The notes under the pieces: model-generated
The model's database searches: none
What the model saw: only the letters and a program-made list of their open reading frames with translations
Told to the model about the DNA's origin: nothing
Position numbers and translations under genes: made by a program
DNA from: Burkholderiales bacterium
Lineage (GTDB): Bacteria; Pseudomonadota; Gammaproteobacteria; Burkholderiales; Eutrophovitaceae
Length of the DNA: 62,079 bases
Direction: 5' to 3'
NCBI GenBank assembly: GCA_030834275.1
Contig: JAURFP010000004.1
Location: 1,191 to 63,269, forward strand
Shown here: positions 10,093 through 20,862 of the stretch, one piece after another
Layout: the number at the start of each line of letters is the position of its first letter
Numbering within the stretch: the first letter of the stretch is position 1

Positions 10093-11073
10093 TCAGATAC
10101 TTGTGGACAGGACGACCTTACCACTAACTTTTTTTTGCATTAAATCATTTAATGCACTAGCAGCTTGAGACAAAGGATAAACCTTATGGATGTGAGGCCG
10201 AACAAGGCCCTTCTCATACATCTGTACAAGCTCGCGATTATTTTGGTTATTTAGATCTGACTCCCTTCGAGTAAACTCACCCCAGAACACACCTACAATA
10301 GAGCAGTTTTTTAATAGCGCAAGGTTGAGCGGGATTTTTGGAATTGACCCTGCCGCAAATCCGACAACTAAGAATCTCCCCTTCCACGCCATATCTCGAA
10401 TAGCCAACTCAGATGTGGCTCCGCCAACCGGATCATAAATAACGTCCACACCCCTGCCGCCTGTTATTTCCTTAACACGCTGCCGGAAATCCTGATCAGC
10501 GTAATTGATTAGATCATCTGCACCGTTCGATTGACAAATCTGGAGTTTTTCCTCGCTAGAGGCAGCGGCGATTACCCGAGCTCCCATCGCTTTGCCCAGT
10601 TGGACTGCAGCAAGCCCCACGCCACCAGAGGCGCCAAGTACGAGTAGCGTTTCGCCAGATTGAAGCGCGGCACGATCTTTCAACGCGTGGTAACTCGTAC
10701 CGTAGGTCAGTATAAAAGCTGATGCTTCTTCAAAATTCATTTGATCTGAAATCGGGATAAGCCGATCAGAACCGACCACCATTTCCTCGGCAAATCCTCC
10801 CCAAGTGTTAAAAGCAATGACTCGATCACCGACCTTTACATTAGTGACACCAGTCCCAACGCTTTTGATCACCCCAGCAACTTCCCCCCCGGGGGAAAAT
10901 GGTAGATCTGGTTTGTATTGATACTTTCCCTGAATGATTAACGTATCTGGAAAATTGACACCACAAGCTTTTACCGATAACAAAACCTCACCCTCAGCAG
11001 GAATCGGTGACTCCACCTCCTCAACGACCAATGAATCAGGCATCCCTAAAGTCTTACATAACACCGCACGCAT
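10093..11073 (-). CDS. NADPH:quinone oxidoreductase (MDR/zeta-crystallin family)
   Basis: GVNFPD, PFSPGGE, GASGGVG, DPVGG. Confidence 0.9.
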   Translation of the reverse strand: MRAVLCKTLGMPDSLVVEEVESPIPAEGEVLLSVKACGVNFPDTLIIQGKYQYKPDLPFSPGGEVAGVIKSVGTGVTNVKVGDRVIAFNTWGGFAEEMVVGSDRLIPISDQMNFEEASAFILTYGTSYHALKDRAALQSGETLLVLGASGGVGLAAVQLGKAMGARVIAAASSEEKLQICQSNGADDLINYADQDFRQRVKEITGGRGVDVIYDPVGGATSELAIRDMAWKGRFLVVGFAAGSIPKIPLNLALLKNCSIVGVFWGEFTRRESDLNNQNNRELVQMYEKGLVRPHIHKVYPLSQAASALNDLMQKKVSGKVVLSTSI

Positions 11074-11130
11074 TCACATTCCTCTATCCATTTTCATTTA
11101 ATTCCCACAATCGACGATTCTTTAACTTCA

Positions 11131-12204
11131 CTAACTTCCAGCACCTCTCAGAATTCGCTCAACCTGTCGCCACCCTGCCTCAGCCATCGGCTTGGCACGC
11201 CTGCCTTGTTCCTCCGCATGCGCACTCGCTGCAGTACCGTCTTTCACTCGACCCATAATCCCCTGCAAGATTCCAGCAAGTCTGAACATGTTATAGGCGA
11301 TATAAAAATCCCAATCCTTGATGACATCTCGCCCCGTCTGTTCGCAGTAACTCTCTACGTATGCTTGCTCCTCTGGAATACCCGTAGTTCGATGATCCAC
11401 GCCATTGATTCCCCTAAATTCACCAGGTGTTAACCGCCAATACATACAGTGATATGCAAAATCCGCTACAGGATGACCTAGGGTTGAGAGTTCCCAGTCA
11501 AGTACCGCCAGAATTCGAGGCTCTGCCTTATGGAAAATAACATTATCAAGGCGATAGTCGCCATGAACAATCGATACATCCTCATTCGTCGGAATGTTTT
11601 TTGGCAGCCAATCAATCAAGTTCTCCATCGACTCAATATGCTCTGTTTCTGACGCTCGATACTGCTTCGTCCACCGCGCTATTTGTCGCTCGATGTAATT
11701 TCCAGGACGACCGTAATCCTCCAAACCAACAGCTACATGATCAACAGAGTGGAGCGCCGCAATAACTCGATTTAATTCTTTGTAAATTTGATTTCGCTCT
11801 TCCGAACTACTATCAGGCAGCGTTCCATCCCACATCACTCTCCCATCTACAAAATCCATGACGTAGAACGCAGTGCCCAAGATTGAGTCATCCTCACAGA
11901 GGCAAAATGCTTTGGCTACCGGCACATCGGTTTGGTTAAGCGCCGATATGACTCGATACTCACGATCTACCGCGTGCGCTGAGGGCAGCAACTTCCCTGG
12001 CGGCTTACGGCGCAGGACGTATTTACCGCTAGGTGACGCCAACAAAAACGTGGGGTTTGACTGCCCACCGCTAAACTGCTCAACAGTGAGTGGGCCTTGA
12101 AAACCTGGGATTTGCTGCCGGAGATAATTCTCTAATTTTTCTGTGTCGAATTGATGCTTCTCATCAACAGCTTTTGTTCCTACAAACTGGTCATGCATGT
12201 TCAA
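11131..12204 (-). CDS. APH-family phosphotransferase (ACAD10/11 kinase domain-like)
   Basis: GGQSNPT, LRRKPPG, SAHAVDRE, HGDYRLDN, LDWELS. Confidence 0.88.
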   Translation of the reverse strand: MNMHDQFVGTKAVDEKHQFDTEKLENYLRQQIPGFQGPLTVEQFSGGQSNPTFLLASPSGKYVLRRKPPGKLLPSAHAVDREYRVISALNQTDVPVAKAFCLCEDDSILGTAFYVMDFVDGRVMWDGTLPDSSSEERNQIYKELNRVIAALHSVDHVAVGLEDYGRPGNYIERQIARWTKQYRASETEHIESMENLIDWLPKNIPTNEDVSIVHGDYRLDNVIFHKAEPRILAVLDWELSTLGHPVADFAYHCMYWRLTPGEFRGINGVDHRTTGIPEEQAYVESYCEQTGRDVIKDWDFYIAYNMFRLAGILQGIMGRVKDGTAASAHAEEQGRRAKPMAEAGWRQVERILRGAGS

Positions 12205-12277
12205 TCTTCTCCTATACCCCTAATTATCGCATGCTCTCGACGTGCTAGACTGGTGGACTGAAATTCTAGGTAAAGCG

Positions 12278-13120
12278 ATGAACATTTTCAAAGGAAAGGT
12301 AGCGGTAATCACCGGTGGAGCGAGTGGGCTCGGATATGCTATGGCCTCACGTTTCCTGAAAGAAGGAATGCGTCTTGTGATTGCGGATATTGAAGAGCCA
12401 AGGCTCCAAAGCGCGGTACGCCAACTGAAAGATGCTGGTGGAAAAGTACTAGGAGTAGCGTGTGATGTCTCACAGGGCTCTGACGTTGAAAATCTAGCTA
12501 AAAAGACACTTGAGGAATTTGGCAGTTGCCATATTATTTGCAATAACGCGGGCGTGGCACCCAGTGGTGTTATTTGGGAGCACACAACGGAAGATTGGCA
12601 ATGGGCAATGGGGCCCAACGTGTGGGGAGTGATCCACGGCGTTAGAGTATTCACTCCCATTCTCATTGAGCAAAACGAGCCCGCGCATATAGTGAACACA
12701 GCTTCCGTATCGGGATTGCTATCTTTCGCCGGAATGGGGCTTTATTGTATGACCAAGCATGCAGTTGTTACCATGACGGAATGCCTCAAGCATGATCTCT
12801 CATTAGCAACAGAGCTCGTTAAATGTTCGGTGTTGTGCCCCGCTTACGTCCCAACACAAATTGCAGAATCAGAAAGAAACCGCCCAAAAAATCTTACAAG
12901 TAATAGAACGAAAACAGACGAAGATATTGCAAGAGAAAATAATCTCAGAAAGGCTGTGATCTCTGGAAGAATTTCAGCTGAAACAGTTGCCGATCAAGTT
13001 CTGACGGCAATCATTGATGAAAAGTTCTACATTCTTCCCCATGAAAAAATAAAAGGGGCCATAGAGTCACGAATGCAAGATATTCTACAGGACAGAACGC
13101 CTTTAGATACATCCAGATAA
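12278..13120 (+). CDS. Short-chain dehydrogenase/reductase
   Basis: TGGASGLG, NNAGV, NTAS, YCMTK; ATG at 12278 preferred over the ORF-track start 12242. Confidence 0.88.
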   Translation: MNIFKGKVAVITGGASGLGYAMASRFLKEGMRLVIADIEEPRLQSAVRQLKDAGGKVLGVACDVSQGSDVENLAKKTLEEFGSCHIICNNAGVAPSGVIWEHTTEDWQWAMGPNVWGVIHGVRVFTPILIEQNEPAHIVNTASVSGLLSFAGMGLYCMTKHAVVTMTECLKHDLSLATELVKCSVLCPAYVPTQIAESERNRPKNLTSNRTKTDEDIARENNLRKAVISGRISAETVADQVLTAIIDEKFYILPHEKIKGAIESRMQDILQDRTPLDTSR

Positions 13121-13201
13121 CGGGCATCAATTGAGTAGAGATTTTCTCGTTTCAGAGATAAAATGCGCGCCCTAAAGATAAACGATTAACGAGAAAAATA
13201 A

Positions 13202-14806
13202 GTGGAAGCGCCTGAACTCCAAATAAAAGAAACCCGTAGACGCCGCACGTTTGCAATTATTTCGCACCCTGACGCGGGGAAAACAACTCTTACTGAGAAA
13301 CTACTTCTATTTGGTGGAGCAATCCAAGCTGCGGGTACCGTCAAAGCGAGGAAATCCAGCAAGTATGCAACTTCCGACTGGATGGCAATTGAGAAAGAAA
13401 GAGGAATATCCGTTGCAAGCTCAGTTATGCAGTTTGAGTACAAAGATTGTGTTATCAATCTCCTCGATACCCCAGGTCACCGAGATTTCTCGGAAGATAC
13501 ATACCGCGTTCTTACTGCAGTGGATGCCGCACTCATGGTTATTGATTGCACGAAAGGCGTTGAACCTCAGACTATCAAACTACTTGAGGTTTGTCGCCAG
13601 CGGAACACTCCAATCATCACCTTCATCAACAAGCTCGACCGGGAAGGTAAGCATCCTTTAGAGTTAATTGACGAAATTGAGAGCGTAATGAACATTCATT
13701 GCGCGCCTATTACTTGGCCCGTTGGAATGGGAAAGCGGCTGGGTGGTATCTACGATATCGGCAAAGACGAGATACTCGTATTTGACCCGGAGGCAAGTGA
13801 TCAAAAAAATGTGAAAGTTCTAAAGGGTTTGGGAGACGATGCGCTTCGCGGAAAATTCAGCTCGGAAATTGATGATACAGAGGAGGAGATTTCACTGATT
13901 AAAGAGGATGGCCGAGCATTTGACACTGAACACTTTTTAGAGGGTGAGCTCACCCCAGTTTTTTTTGGTTCCGCAATGAATAATTTTGGGGTGGTCAAAG
14001 TCTTAGACGCGCTCGTCGAGGAAGCGCCAGCGCCGAAACCCAGAAAATCAATAGAAAGAACCGTGGCGCCTGAAGAAGAAAATTTCTCGGCGTTTGTCTT
14101 TAAGATTCAAGCAAACATGGACCCGCAACACCGAGATCGTATAGCGTTTCTGAGGATATGCTCCGGCCGATTCAATCGTGGAATGAAACTCACTCATGTC
14201 CGGAGCGGTAAAGACATACGAGCAAGCCAGGTAGTGAGCTTTCTATCTCAAAGACGAGAGACCGTCGAAGACGCGTGGCCAGGCGATATCATTGGACTCC
14301 TCAATCATGGAAGCATCGATATTGGCGATACCTTCACCGTTGGTGAAAAACTTAATTTCACAGGAATACCTTACTTTGCTCCCGAACTTTTCCAAGGAGT
14401 AACTTTAAGGGATCCACTCAAGAGCAAGCAATTACAAAAGGGCCTTCAGCAGCTAGGGGAGGAAGGGGCGATACAGGTGTTCAAGCCGATTGTCGGAAAC
14501 GAAATCATCCTTGGAGCCGTAGGTCTACTCCAATTCGAGGTTGTGGCACACCGACTGAAAGCGGAGTATGGAGTTGACGCGACGACACGCTCGATGAGCT
14601 TCTATGGTGCACGTTGGGTTACCAGCGAGAATAGTAGGAAACTTATCGATTTCGAAAAACAATTAGCGGGTAACCTGGCTCACGATGCCTCTGGAAGCTT
14701 GACGTATATGGCAACATCAAAACCCAACCTTGACTTAACAATGGAGCGTTGGCCAGATATTAAATTTCACAGTATCCGAGAACACGCACAAAAACTCGCA
14801 AGCTAG
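13202..14806 (+). CDS. prfC: Peptide chain release factor 3
   Basis: [40 protein letters not shown]. Confidence 0.97.
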   Translation: MEAPELQIKETRRRRTFAIISHPDAGKTTLTEKLLLFGGAIQAAGTVKARKSSKYATSDWMAIEKERGISVASSVMQFEYKDCVINLLDTPGHRDFSEDTYRVLTAVDAALMVIDCTKGVEPQTIKLLEVCRQRNTPIITFINKLDREGKHPLELIDEIESVMNIHCAPITWPVGMGKRLGGIYDIGKDEILVFDPEASDQKNVKVLKGLGDDALRGKFSSEIDDTEEEISLIKEDGRAFDTEHFLEGELTPVFFGSAMNNFGVVKVLDALVEEAPAPKPRKSIERTVAPEEENFSAFVFKIQANMDPQHRDRIAFLRICSGRFNRGMKLTHVRSGKDIRASQVVSFLSQRRETVEDAWPGDIIGLLNHGSIDIGDTFTVGEKLNFTGIPYFAPELFQGVTLRDPLKSKQLQKGLQQLGEEGAIQVFKPIVGNEIILGAVGLLQFEVVAHRLKAEYGVDATTRSMSFYGARWVTSENSRKLIDFEKQLAGNLAHDASGSLTYMATSKPNLDLTMERWPDIKFHSIREHAQKLAS

Positions 14807-16005
14807 CGTTTGTTTCGAATAATAAAATCCTTCATTCGAGAAATTCCAGCTGTAATATTTTCATTCGAAGCCGCATAGCTAAATCGCACATGCTGCCCAT
14901 CACCTGGAACTCTTGGCCCGAAGTGGATATCCGCCAACACTGCCACGCCCGTTTCATTCAGTAAACGTTTCCTAAATTCCTCCGAATCTTTAACGCCAAT
15001 CATTTCGCAAGCCTCAGTAACGTTCGGCCAGGCGTAAAACCCGCCACCCGGAGACAAACAAGTCACTCCAGGGACATCATTTAAAAGACCCACGATTAAC
15101 GCACGTCTTTCAAGGAACTTCTCACGCATAAAAGTTGCGCCACTCTGATCTCCACTGAAAGCCTCAACCCCCGCCCACTGACTGATTTGTGAAGCGCAAG
15201 ACTCGGTATTGGTCACCCACTTCGTAAATACCGGAGCAAGCGCGCGATTAGCTGCAAACCCTAGCCGCCAACCGGTCATCGCCCAAGTCTTCGACGCACC
15301 ATCACAGACGATCGTTCTATCCAATATCTCTGGAAAACTGGCGAGTGAAGTAAAAGACTCTTCGTAACACAGCTGAGAATATATTTCATCCGAGAATATC
15401 CAAATATTTGGATGCTCTTTCAATATGTCGACGATTACCTGGAGATCTTTCTTAGGAACGATCCCACCAGTCGGGTTCTGCGGCGAATTCAAGATTATTA
15501 ACTTCGTTCGGTCGGTGATTTTCTCGTTGAGTTCGTTCGGATCAAAACTGAACCCACGGGCTTCTCTAAGCTGGATAGGCACTGGCACCGCACCGTTCGC
15601 CTTAATTTGAGACTCATAGATCGGGAAACCAGGGTTCGGGTATATCACTTCATCATTCTTGCCAAAGTCAGTTGTAGCAAGAATCGAATACATAATAAAC
15701 GGCTTTGCTCCAGCCCCAACAACAATATCATTGGCCTCAAAGCTCGTTCCCCTCGTTTGGTTCAAGTACCCACAAATTGCCTCTCTCACCTCGACTATTC
15801 CGGCTGATGGGGTGTATCCGTGCTTGCCCGCCTTGATCGCCTCTATACCCGCTTGCTGGATATTTTCCGGGGTGGGAAAATCTGGTTGCCCGATACAAAA
15901 GGACAAGATGTCCTTACCTTGCCGCTGAAGTTCACTAACTTCTGCTAAAACTACGAACGCATTCTCTGTTCCAAGACCGCTCGAACGTTGTGAGATTGAA
16001 GGCAT
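14803..16005 (-). CDS. PLP-dependent aminotransferase class I/II (aspartate aminotransferase-like)
   Basis: [30 protein letters not shown] with the PLP Lys. Confidence 0.92.
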   Translation of the reverse strand: MPSISQRSSGLGTENAFVVLAEVSELQRQGKDILSFCIGQPDFPTPENIQQAGIEAIKAGKHGYTPSAGIVEVREAICGYLNQTRGTSFEANDIVVGAGAKPFIMYSILATTDFGKNDEVIYPNPGFPIYESQIKANGAVPVPIQLREARGFSFDPNELNEKITDRTKLIILNSPQNPTGGIVPKKDLQVIVDILKEHPNIWIFSDEIYSQLCYEESFTSLASFPEILDRTIVCDGASKTWAMTGWRLGFAANRALAPVFTKWVTNTESCASQISQWAGVEAFSGDQSGATFMREKFLERRALIVGLLNDVPGVTCLSPGGGFYAWPNVTEACEMIGVKDSEEFRKRLLNETGVAVLADIHFGPRVPGDGQHVRFSYAASNENITAGISRMKDFIIRNKR

Positions 16006-16249
16006 CTTTAATTCCCCGGTTGACCTAACTGCGCATTTTCCAAAAAAGTTTCGCGCCCGCGATTTTAAAGGCGCTGAGTCTACATCAAAAAATGTCTTCG
16101 CAGAAGGTCAGGATATGTACTCGTCTGGTGCCGATAAGATAGTTCCCGCATGAAAACAGGCCCCCAATCACGGAAATTAGAGGCGAATCCTGCTAAAGTA
16201 CCTATTGATTCAGAAGAAATTAGCAACACCACTGATGGAAGGATCGGAA

Positions 16250-17380
16250 ATGTCTGAAAACAAAGATAAAAAAACTGCAGAGAAGGCGGAAAACCCGTCT
16301 CGAAGAAATCTCATTAAGTCGACGATTGGCGCAGCGATTATTGCAGCTCCTTTTATTCGAAATGCGGAGGCTGCAAAAACTACAACGTGGAAAGTGCAAA
16401 CGAGTTGGGACGCCGGAACAACCGGATATAAGCTATTTGAAACTTGGGCTAACAGCTTCAAAGAAAAATCAGGGGGCGAACTCGATATTAAGCCTTTCGC
16501 AGCCAGGTCTGTCGCAGCTGATAATAGCGCGCTATTCGACGCGGTGAGAACTGGAGTACTCCAGGCAATGAATCCATTTACGATTTATTGGTCGGGAAAA
16601 ATTCCAGCATCCGTATTCCTGACTTCCTACCCTGCTGGACCAGATCAAACAAGCCACTGGGACACCATGTTCTATGGCCTGGGAATGCTCGAAATGACGA
16701 GAGATATCTTCAAGAAAAAAGGTCTCTTCTACGTTGGACCAATTCAGCACGATGCCAACATCATCCACTCCAAAAAAGCGGTAAATAGTTTGGCGGACCT
16801 CAAGGGGATGAAAATTCGTTTACCTGGCGGAATGGTTTCGCAAGTATTCGATAAGTTTGGCGCCAGCACAACGAGTCTGCCAAGCTCCGATATCTATCCG
16901 GCCCTCGAAAAAGGTACAGTGGACGCTGCCGACTATGTCGGACCAGCGATCAACTATGACTTGGGATTCGCAGAAGTTACTAAGTTTATTATTTGTGTGG
17001 GGCCTCCAGGACAAACTTCACTCTACCAACCGGTAGACCTGATGGACTTAACGGTTAACATGCAAGCGTGGAAGCGTCTCTCCAACAAAATGAAAGTTTT
17101 TGTTGAAGAGCAGGTACAGACCTACTCCGTGCATCATTACGTTACCATTCAGAATGCCAATACCGTAGCAATGAATAAATTCCTAAGCAAAGGAACGACG
17201 GTCTCTCGCCTATCATCAGAAGACGTTGGAAAATTCCGTAAAGCGGCGATTCCTGTTTGGTACGAGTGGGCAAAAAAGGACAAAGACGCTTCGAAAATTT
17301 TCAAGTTGCAGCAAGACTTTATGCTCAACCCCTACATGGGTTACCTAACCAACGCTGACGTGAAGGGTATGAAGCTTTGA
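16250..17380 (+). CDS. dctP: TRAP transporter substrate-binding protein (TakP/monocarboxylate-type), Tat-exported
   Basis: SRRNLIK twin-arginine motif; WKVQTSW, KIRLPGG, YPALEKGTVDAADY. Confidence 0.9.
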   Translation: MSENKDKKTAEKAENPSRRNLIKSTIGAAIIAAPFIRNAEAAKTTTWKVQTSWDAGTTGYKLFETWANSFKEKSGGELDIKPFAARSVAADNSALFDAVRTGVLQAMNPFTIYWSGKIPASVFLTSYPAGPDQTSHWDTMFYGLGMLEMTRDIFKKKGLFYVGPIQHDANIIHSKKAVNSLADLKGMKIRLPGGMVSQVFDKFGASTTSLPSSDIYPALEKGTVDAADYVGPAINYDLGFAEVTKFIICVGPPGQTSLYQPVDLMDLTVNMQAWKRLSNKMKVFVEEQVQTYSVHHYVTIQNANTVAMNKFLSKGTTVSRLSSEDVGKFRKAAIPVWYEWAKKDKDASKIFKLQQDFMLNPYMGYLTNADVKGMKL

Positions 17381-17403
17381 TAAGAAGATTTTCATAAACT
17401 CGA

Positions 17404-17436
17404 TTTAACGGCGGATAACATTTATCCGCCGTTAAA
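17404..17436 (+). terminator. Perfect 15-bp hairpin between dctP and dctQ (partial terminator or mRNA-stabilising stem)
   Basis: TTTAACGGCGGATAA-cat-TTATCCGCCGTTAAA, without a strong U tail. Confidence 0.7.
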
Positions 17437-17465
17437 GTATCCAGATCAATCCGGAGAAAACTGTT

Positions 17466-18107
17466 ATGGATCAAACCACCAATTTTGTACTCCCCCACTG
17501 GATTTACTGGGGATGGCTAGCGATCATGCCGCTGATATTCATGGGGATATCTAAAGGCGCGCGTATCAATGAGCTTGCCCCGAAAAATAGTGAATATGCG
17601 GCTAGTACGTTGACAAAGTTTCTTGACTGGACATCAAATGCATCGGGATTATTCGTGGCCCTTTGGACTGTGAACGCGGTTTGTGTTTACTTTTATGAAG
17701 TCATTGCTCGCTACGTTTTTGACGCCCCAACGATTTGGGCACACCAATCCTCTTACCTTCTTTTTGGTATGCAATACCTCTTGGCCGGTGGATTTGCGTT
17801 GCTGCACGGCGACCATGTTCGGGTAGATGTTGTCTATATTAAGTTACCGAAGCTTGGACAAATTGGGATGGATATTTTTACCTCAATATTTTTCTTCATT
17901 TTCTCGCTTGCCTTAGCTGGAACCTGTTGGCGATTCTTCCTTGACTCTTGGGATATGGCAGAAGTCACCGAGGAAACCTGGCAAATTCAAATGTATCCAG
18001 TGAAAGGAATGATGGTACTCGGGGCCACTCTCTTGACCCTTGCAGGAATCTCAAAGCTGATCAAAGATATTCAACTCTTCAGAAAAACGGCTGGAGGTGC
18101 AGCATGA
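17466..18107 (+). CDS. dctQ: TRAP transporter small permease
   Basis: YEVIARYVFDAPTIWA, HVRVDV; ATGA overlap with dctM. Confidence 0.9.
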   Translation: MDQTTNFVLPHWIYWGWLAIMPLIFMGISKGARINELAPKNSEYAASTLTKFLDWTSNASGLFVALWTVNAVCVYFYEVIARYVFDAPTIWAHQSSYLLFGMQYLLAGGFALLHGDHVRVDVVYIKLPKLGQIGMDIFTSIFFFIFSLALAGTCWRFFLDSWDMAEVTEETWQIQMYPVKGMMVLGATLLTLAGISKLIKDIQLFRKTAGGAA

Positions 18108-19636
18108 GTACCTCAACTATATCTCCAAATACTCAAAGCACGGGTGGGCTTTGGAAATGGGTAATGATCCTCGGAACGGTTGGACTGCTCTTCATCTGCT
18201 TCGTCGAGTTCATTAATATCCTCTTTTACGATCCTTACGAGGAGGAACGATTTCTTTTCTCGCTCTCTGAAATCTTGATGGACACAGAGATCGAGGCGCT
18301 TACGTTCTTGATGTTTGGATCTCTGGCACTGCTGCTGATGGCGGGTCTACCGATGGCCTTTGTCGTTGGTGGGCTTGGAGTCGTCTTTATTTACCTTGTC
18401 GGCGGACAAACGATGGTCAACATCATCCCGACGAGAATCTTCCCGTTAATGTCAAACCCCGATCTTGCGGCAATTCCACTCTTTATCTTTATGGCTTCGA
18501 TGCTAGAAAAGGCAGGCCTTATCGAAGAAATGTTTGATGTCGTTTATAAATGGATGGGAGGCCTTAGCGGAGGACTTGCTGCAGCAACTATTCTTGCATC
18601 AACCATTCTCGCGGCTATGGTTGGCGTCATCGGCGCTGCCGTTGTAACGATGGGTATTATCGCTTTGCCTGCGATGTTAAAGCGTAAATACGACCATAAA
18701 ATTGCGCTGGGCTCAATCATGGCTGGGGGAACTCTGGGAATTTTGATTCCACCGTCGATTCTCGCGATCTTGTATGCAGTGATCGCGCAACAGTCAGTTG
18801 GGCAGCTCTATCTTGGATCTTTAGTGCCTGGCCTCATGCTCTCGGGACTTTACATCGCCTATGTAGTTATACGTTCTCTTCTCAACCCCAAACTTGGACC
18901 ACCACTGCCGAAAGAGGAGCGTGTAGGTTTCGGAGAAAAACTGAGACTCTTTAAAAATCTGCTGGCACCGATCGTACTTGTCTTTCTAGTGTTAGGACTT
19001 CTCTTTGGAGGAATAGCAACTCCTGTCGAGGCCGCTGGGATCGGGTCATTCGGGGCGATGATTGTGTCGATGATGCATAAACGTTTCTCGCTCGAAGCCT
19101 TACGAGACGCGTCGATCACAACTGCTCGAGCATCAGCGATGGTGTTGTGGATCATTTTTGGGGCATCAGTATTTGTTGGATTTTTTATCCTTCAAGGTGG
19201 TCAGGATTTCATCACCGAGACCATCTTGGGCACCGGACTAAGCCCATACGGAGTACTACTCCTAATGTTGCTGATTCTTTTCTTCTTGGGAATGTTTCTT
19301 GATTGGGTAGGTATTCTGTTACTAACAGTTCCAATTTTCGTACCTATCATTCAGTCACTAACCTTCGATGGACTCTTTGGAATGCCTGGCGTTAGCAGCG
19401 ACGTGGTGGTTTTATGGTTTGGTGTGATTTACTTAGTGAACATGCAGATGTCCTTCCTAAGCCCACCGTTTGGCTATGCACTTTTTTACTTGAGAGGTGT
19501 TTGTCCTCCTGAAATTAGTATGGCTACGATTTTCAAATCTGCATTGGTCTTCTTAGCGATTCAGGTTTTGGCCGTCTTCCTGTGTGTGGTATTCCCTGCA
19601 ATCATTACTTGGTTACCCCAAGTGGTTTATGGGTAA
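18104..19636 (+). CDS. dctM: TRAP transporter large permease
   Basis: AIPLFIFM, GGTLGILIPPS, SFLSPPFG; true start is probably ATG 18104, not 17948. Confidence 0.92.
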   Translation: MSTSTISPNTQSTGGLWKWVMILGTVGLLFICFVEFINILFYDPYEEERFLFSLSEILMDTEIEALTFLMFGSLALLLMAGLPMAFVVGGLGVVFIYLVGGQTMVNIIPTRIFPLMSNPDLAAIPLFIFMASMLEKAGLIEEMFDVVYKWMGGLSGGLAAATILASTILAAMVGVIGAAVVTMGIIALPAMLKRKYDHKIALGSIMAGGTLGILIPPSILAILYAVIAQQSVGQLYLGSLVPGLMLSGLYIAYVVIRSLLNPKLGPPLPKEERVGFGEKLRLFKNLLAPIVLVFLVLGLLFGGIATPVEAAGIGSFGAMIVSMMHKRFSLEALRDASITTARASAMVLWIIFGASVFVGFFILQGGQDFITETILGTGLSPYGVLLLMLLILFFLGMFLDWVGILLLTVPIFVPIIQSLTFDGLFGMPGVSSDVVVLWFGVIYLVNMQMSFLSPPFGYALFYLRGVCPPEISMATIFKSALVFLAIQVLAVFLCVVFPAIITWLPQVVYG

Positions 19637-19648
19637 CGATAAAAGACA

Positions 19649-19685
19649 AAACAAAAAAGCCCGACGATGTCGGGCTTTTTTGTTT
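19649..19685. terminator. Bidirectional intrinsic terminator
   Basis: AAACAAAAAAGCCCGAC-gat-GTCGGGCTTTTTTGTTT between convergent dctM and tonB. Confidence 0.9.
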
Positions 19686-19696
19686 AATCATTAATA

Positions 19697-20401
19697 CTAA
19701 GACTTCGACCACGGATCTATTTTAAAAATAAATCGCTGGATAAATTGGGGTCCTTTTTCGCAAAAACGTCTGAACTGCCAACCCTTAACCTTTTCCAGGA
19801 CCTCGCTATCAAAAACACCTGGATGGTCAGCAAACACCACCTTCGCGTCTATGACGTAACCATCATCATCTACGGTTACGAGAAGTTCAATTTCACCCTC
19901 AATCTTTTGATCCTCGGCAGTACGTGGATATACAGGAAAAGGTTTCTTGCTAACCGGGCAAGGATCTTGAAACACCGACGGTAGCGGTGGAAGCTCTTCC
20001 TCTTTTTTCTTCTTCTCGGGTTTGAGCTCCGGCTTTGGAAAAGCAATCTTCGCTGGAATCTCATTTGGCAATGGCTTCGGCTGCTCAAGACGAACTGTAT
20101 TCTTTATTTGTTTGAGCTCTAACTCTGGTTTCTCTTCCTCTTTTTTTCGTATTTGATTATTTGGTTTTATCTCGGACTTAGGAAGTGGTTGGTCTAGTTT
20201 TACCGTCATCACTGGCTTAGGTTGCGGTTTTTCAAATACATCCATTAACCCTTGCCAATTAAACCAGTAACCCCCCACTGGAAAAATAAACTCAATGATG
20301 AGCGCAATAAGAAACGCTTTCCAAAGCGCCAGACTCCTCTCAGATTGAACTTCACTACTACTCCATAGTGGAGCGATTTTTCGGTGACGACGAAAGAACA
20401 T
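19697..20401 (-). CDS. tonB: Energy transducer TonB-like protein
   Basis: N-terminal TM, Pro/Lys/Glu-rich linker, C-terminal PVYPRTA...IEG...V...G.V domain; follows exbBD. Confidence 0.85.
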   Translation of the reverse strand: MFFRRHRKIAPLWSSSEVQSERSLALWKAFLIALIIEFIFPVGGYWFNWQGLMDVFEKPQPKPVMTVKLDQPLPKSEIKPNNQIRKKEEEKPELELKQIKNTVRLEQPKPLPNEIPAKIAFPKPELKPEKKKKEEELPPLPSVFQDPCPVSKKPFPVYPRTAEDQKIEGEIELLVTVDDDGYVIDAKVVFADHPGVFDSEVLEKVKGWQFRRFCEKGPQFIQRFIFKIDPWSKS

Positions 20402-20415
20402 GAGATGTCTAAGAA

Positions 20416-20826
20416 TTATTGCCCCGATGCTATTGCAGCAATCCCTACCGAGTTGATACCTGCACCACGAACGCTATCCATTGCATCGATTAACGTGGAT
20501 AGAGGTACATCCTTATCGCCAGCGATAATTACGGCAACCTTACGGTTCTTTTTTAAATCCATCAATTTAGTCGTCAACTCAGAGGACGAGATGGTTTGCC
20601 CATTTACAATGAATTGATTATCTTTTTTCACTCCCACCGTGATCGTGGCTTCTTTAATCTCCTCGGTGGTCTTCGAGCCAGGTAAGTTCATGTCCACTCC
20701 CGTCCCGGCGATCATCTTCAGCGATATCACCACAAAGAAAATCAATAAAAACATCATGATGTCAATCATCGGGATGACTTCGACACGCGGTCGATCAGCA
20801 TCCAGATAACTTCTTCTTCTCGTCAT
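20416..20826 (-). CDS. exbD: ExbD/TolR family protein
   Basis: IPMIDIMMFLLIFF with the essential Asp; IAGDKDV. Confidence 0.92.
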   Translation of the reverse strand: MTRRRSYLDADRPRVEVIPMIDIMMFLLIFFVVISLKMIAGTGVDMNLPGSKTTEEIKEATITVGVKKDNQFIVNGQTISSSELTTKLMDLKKNRKVAVIIAGDKDVPLSTLIDAMDSVRGAGINSVGIAAIASGQ

Positions 20827-20862
20827 AATTTTTGCTCCCGCTAAAAGCAGATGAGATCAGGA

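Noticed and set aside
17948-18103. Long N-terminal extension of dctM in the ORF track
   Set aside because: Overlaps dctQ; ATGA coupling and a GGAGG RBS support the start at 18104
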